Under the pieces are notes generated by a model. That model had not been told where the DNA came from and did no database searches. It saw only the letters and a list, made by a program, of their open reading frames with translations. A stretch of DNA of 64,000 nt, taken from assembly GCA_963827655.1 (NCBI GenBank), contig CAWHCF010000004.1:1-64000 (forward strand), given 5' to 3'. Source of the stretch: an uncultured Acidobacteriota bacterium (GTDB lineage: Bacteria; Acidobacteriota; UBA6911). Below, piece after piece: positions 61,780-64,000 of the stretch. A program made the translations under genes and the position numbers. The stretch's first letter is position 1; every line of letters begins with the position of its first letter.

Positions 61780-64000
61780 CTAGCGGATCGTGATGGTGCC
61801 CAGATTCAAAGGCAGATCGCTTCGTCCCCCGGGCATTTCCGGAACCTCGATTTCGCGGATTACGGGTTCGGGAAGCTGGGGGATTCGAAGCGTCAACCGG
61901 TATCTTCCGCTCGGCACGTCATCGATACGGTAGGAACCCCAGGGGCTGAATGCGACGGCAAACGAGAGGAAAGACGAAGGGGAGGATACGGTCTCCAGCC
62001 TGTGATAGAAGCTGTTCCACTCGATAAGCTCTTTGCGGCCGACGAACACGATCTTCCCTGTGAGTTGGCGACCGCGCCCGCCAAGCTGGACAGCCGTGGT
62101 TCGACCCGCCGCGACCTTTACCGGAAGAACCTGAGTTCTACGCGCTTTGTCGGTGGTGTTCTGAGTGAGCGCCAGAGTTCCAGGCCCTTCGTCAAGTTTA
62201 TCGATCTTCTGAATGAAGGCGACATCGTAGTGGCCGGGAGGGATCCGGTCGACCCTGAAGTTCCCGTCGGCGTCCGTCCGGGTGAACCAGTCGACCGCAA
62301 GCCGGTACGCCGGCGAGTCGAGCTTCGAGTTGGTCAGACCGACGGTCTCGTTGCTCGCTGGCCGCGTTCCGACCCGGAGCCTTCCTTGCACACGCCCCCA
62401 GGGTTCGAGAACGATGGTGGAAGGCGCCCTCACCTCATCCACGGGAACGAGAGCGAAGCCAAGCTTGTGCGAGACCAGCAGCGAACGCGCGTCCGCTACG
62501 GGCTTCAGGAAAAATTGACCCATGGCGTTGGTCTCGAATCTCCGGCTCTCGTCAGGGCTGAAGTCGATCTCCCCCGAGTCGCGCAGGACCGCGGGGAAAC
62601 GGCCCCCCACCAGAACCACGTTGGCTCCCCACGCAGGACGGCCATCCGGCAGCACAACGACACCGCTGGGCCCGGCTCCGCGTACCAGGCCAATTTCGAG
62701 GCGGCCACCACCCTCGCGGGAGATTGAATGCGACGCATCGGGCAGGTAGCCATCGGCTTCGACCTTGATGCCGTAGGGAAAAAACGGCTCGCGCAGAACC
62801 AGGGTGAACACCCCGTTCTTCCCGGTCGGCGCCGGCTGATAGTGTTTGGGGCCAGCCTGGAACTGAGAGCTGGCCAGCAAGACGGAGAACTCCGGAATCG
62901 GAGCCTTGGTTACCGCATCAAAAACAATTCCGTTGATCTTGATTTCCTTGATCTTGCTAAGCTGGATCTCGTACTCCCGGTCTCCCGGCTCCAAGGTGAG
63001 GAACCCCTGAATCGAGGCATAGCCCGGATCGTCGACGCGCAGCTTGACGGGCCCTGCGGGCGCCGAGTTCCAGACAAAAGAACCGTCTTTCTCGGTTTCC
63101 CCAAACCAACGCGTTGGCCCGACAGCGGATACGACGGCGCCGGAAACCGGTCTCCCTTCCTGGTCCACAACCCGGCCTCGAAGTATCCTTCCTCGGACGA
63201 GGTGAACCGAGAACGGGTTTGCGCGCGCCATGACAATTATTCGCTCGGTGGCGCTCACAAAACCTTCCCGGCTGACGGTCAGGAGCGTCGTCCCGGATCG
63301 GCCGTTAGCGAATCGAAAATGTCCGTCCTTGCCGGTCACTGTTTTTGCGGCGGGTGCCGCGTGCCAGTGACCGTGGCTCACCTCAGCGCCTTCGACCGGG
63401 CGACCGTGCAGATCCAGCACGCGGCCGCTGATCGGAAGACCACGGTCCATAACCAGCGCGGGCCGACGCGCCTTGAGTTCTTCGATGGGCAGTACTTGTG
63501 CCCCACGTGGGTGGCGGGCCAAGGGAGACGAGCCCGTGACGTAGAATGCCTCGGCATATTCCGGATGAAGCAACTGGAGGACTATTGCGTCGGCCTTCCG
63601 GGACAATCCGGCCCAGATCCAACGTCCTTGAACATCGGTCTTCGCGACGCAGTTGCGGCGCGGTGTAATGCCGGGTGTGGCCCGGCGCAACTCCAGGAAG
63701 CCCACGACGTGGACCTCCACGTCACGGATAGCCTTTCCCTCCCGATTCAGAACGACGCCCCCGATGGTATCGGCCTGTTCAAGCTGGACAACAAGACGAT
63801 CGACAAATTCCGGCTTGGGAAGGTCGAAAGTTCTGGAGACGTACCCTTCAGCCCGGATGTCGAGTGTTGCCGGAAGACGGACCGCGGCGTTTCCTTGAGC
63901 ATCTGTCGTGTGCTGCGGACCTAGAGTTGCGCCGGGGATTCCGAGCCCCGTTTCCGTGTCGACGACTCGAACGGTGAATTCGCGTTGAGTCTGCTCGACC
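61780..64000 (-). CDS. Carboxypeptidase-regulatory-like repeat protein (5' end outside window)
   Basis: Repeated ISGRVLD..GRPV.GA.V / RGRVVDQEGRPVSGA / TDADGNFR; frame stays open to the window edge. Confidence 0.8.
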   Translation of the reverse strand, partial: VEQTQREFTVRVVDTETGLGIPGATLGPQHTTDAQGNAAVRLPATLDIRAEGYVSRTFDLPKPEFVDRLVVQLEQADTIGGVVLNREGKAIRDVEVHVVGFLELRRATPGITPRRNCVAKTDVQGRWIWAGLSRKADAIVLQLLHPEYAEAFYVTGSSPLARHPRGAQVLPIEELKARRPALVMDRGLPISGRVLDLHGRPVEGAEVSHGHWHAAPAAKTVTGKDGHFRFANGRSGTTLLTVSREGFVSATERIIVMARANPFSVHLVRGRILRGRVVDQEGRPVSGAVVSAVGPTRWFGETEKDGSFVWNSAPAGPVKLRVDDPGYASIQGFLTLEPGDREYEIQLSKIKEIKINGIVFDAVTKAPIPEFSVLLASSQFQAGPKHYQPAPTGKNGVFTLVLREPFFPYGIKVEADGYLPDASHSISREGGGRLEIGLVRGAGPSGVVVLPDGRPAWGANVVLVGGRFPAVLRDSGEIDFSPDESRRFETNAMGQFFLKPVADARSLLVSHKLGFALVPVDEVRAPSTIVLEPWGRVQGRLRVGTRPASNETVGLTNSKLDSPAYRLAVDWFTRTDADGNFRVDRIPPGHYDVAFIQKIDKLDEGPGTLALTQNTTDKARRTQVLPVKVAAGRTTAVQLGGRGRQLTGKIVFVGRKELIEWNSFYHRLETVSSPSSFLSFAVAFSPWGSYRIDDVPSGRYRLTLRIPQLPEPVIREIEVPEMPGGRSDLPLNLGTITIR

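Overview
A high-GC bacterial window whose gene content suggests Acidobacteriota (inferred, not proven): Oar-type TonB-dependent receptors, CRTAC1/ASPIC-UnbV, TPR proteins, sulfatases, DUF1501/DUF1553 and multiheme cytochromes. Many long genes are split by small indels, which points to long-read assembly error rather than real decay. The standout is an AT-richer, five-gene minus-strand operon at 2951-8246 that looks like a RiPP cluster I cannot match to a characterised one. It encodes a GT4 glycosyltransferase fused to a copy of the MNIO-partner/RRE-like module, a DUF692/MNIO enzyme, its partner protein, a 54-aa precursor with an 11-Cys (Cys-X)n core, and a SAM methyltransferase. The precursor's UGA stop falls in the next Cys register, so selenocysteine is possible. 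Also present are a cytochrome c-fused PQQ dehydrogenase with a lanthanide-type DxD motif, a flavoprotein with a C-terminal triheme domain, a MauG/MbnH-type diheme enzyme cluster and three type II TA modules. An IS1182-family element sits in the loop of a palindrome, and there are heptamer inverted-repeat elements (one carrying a four-helix-bundle gene) and dispersed REP-like repeats. All family calls come from motif recognition by eye; no database searches were run.
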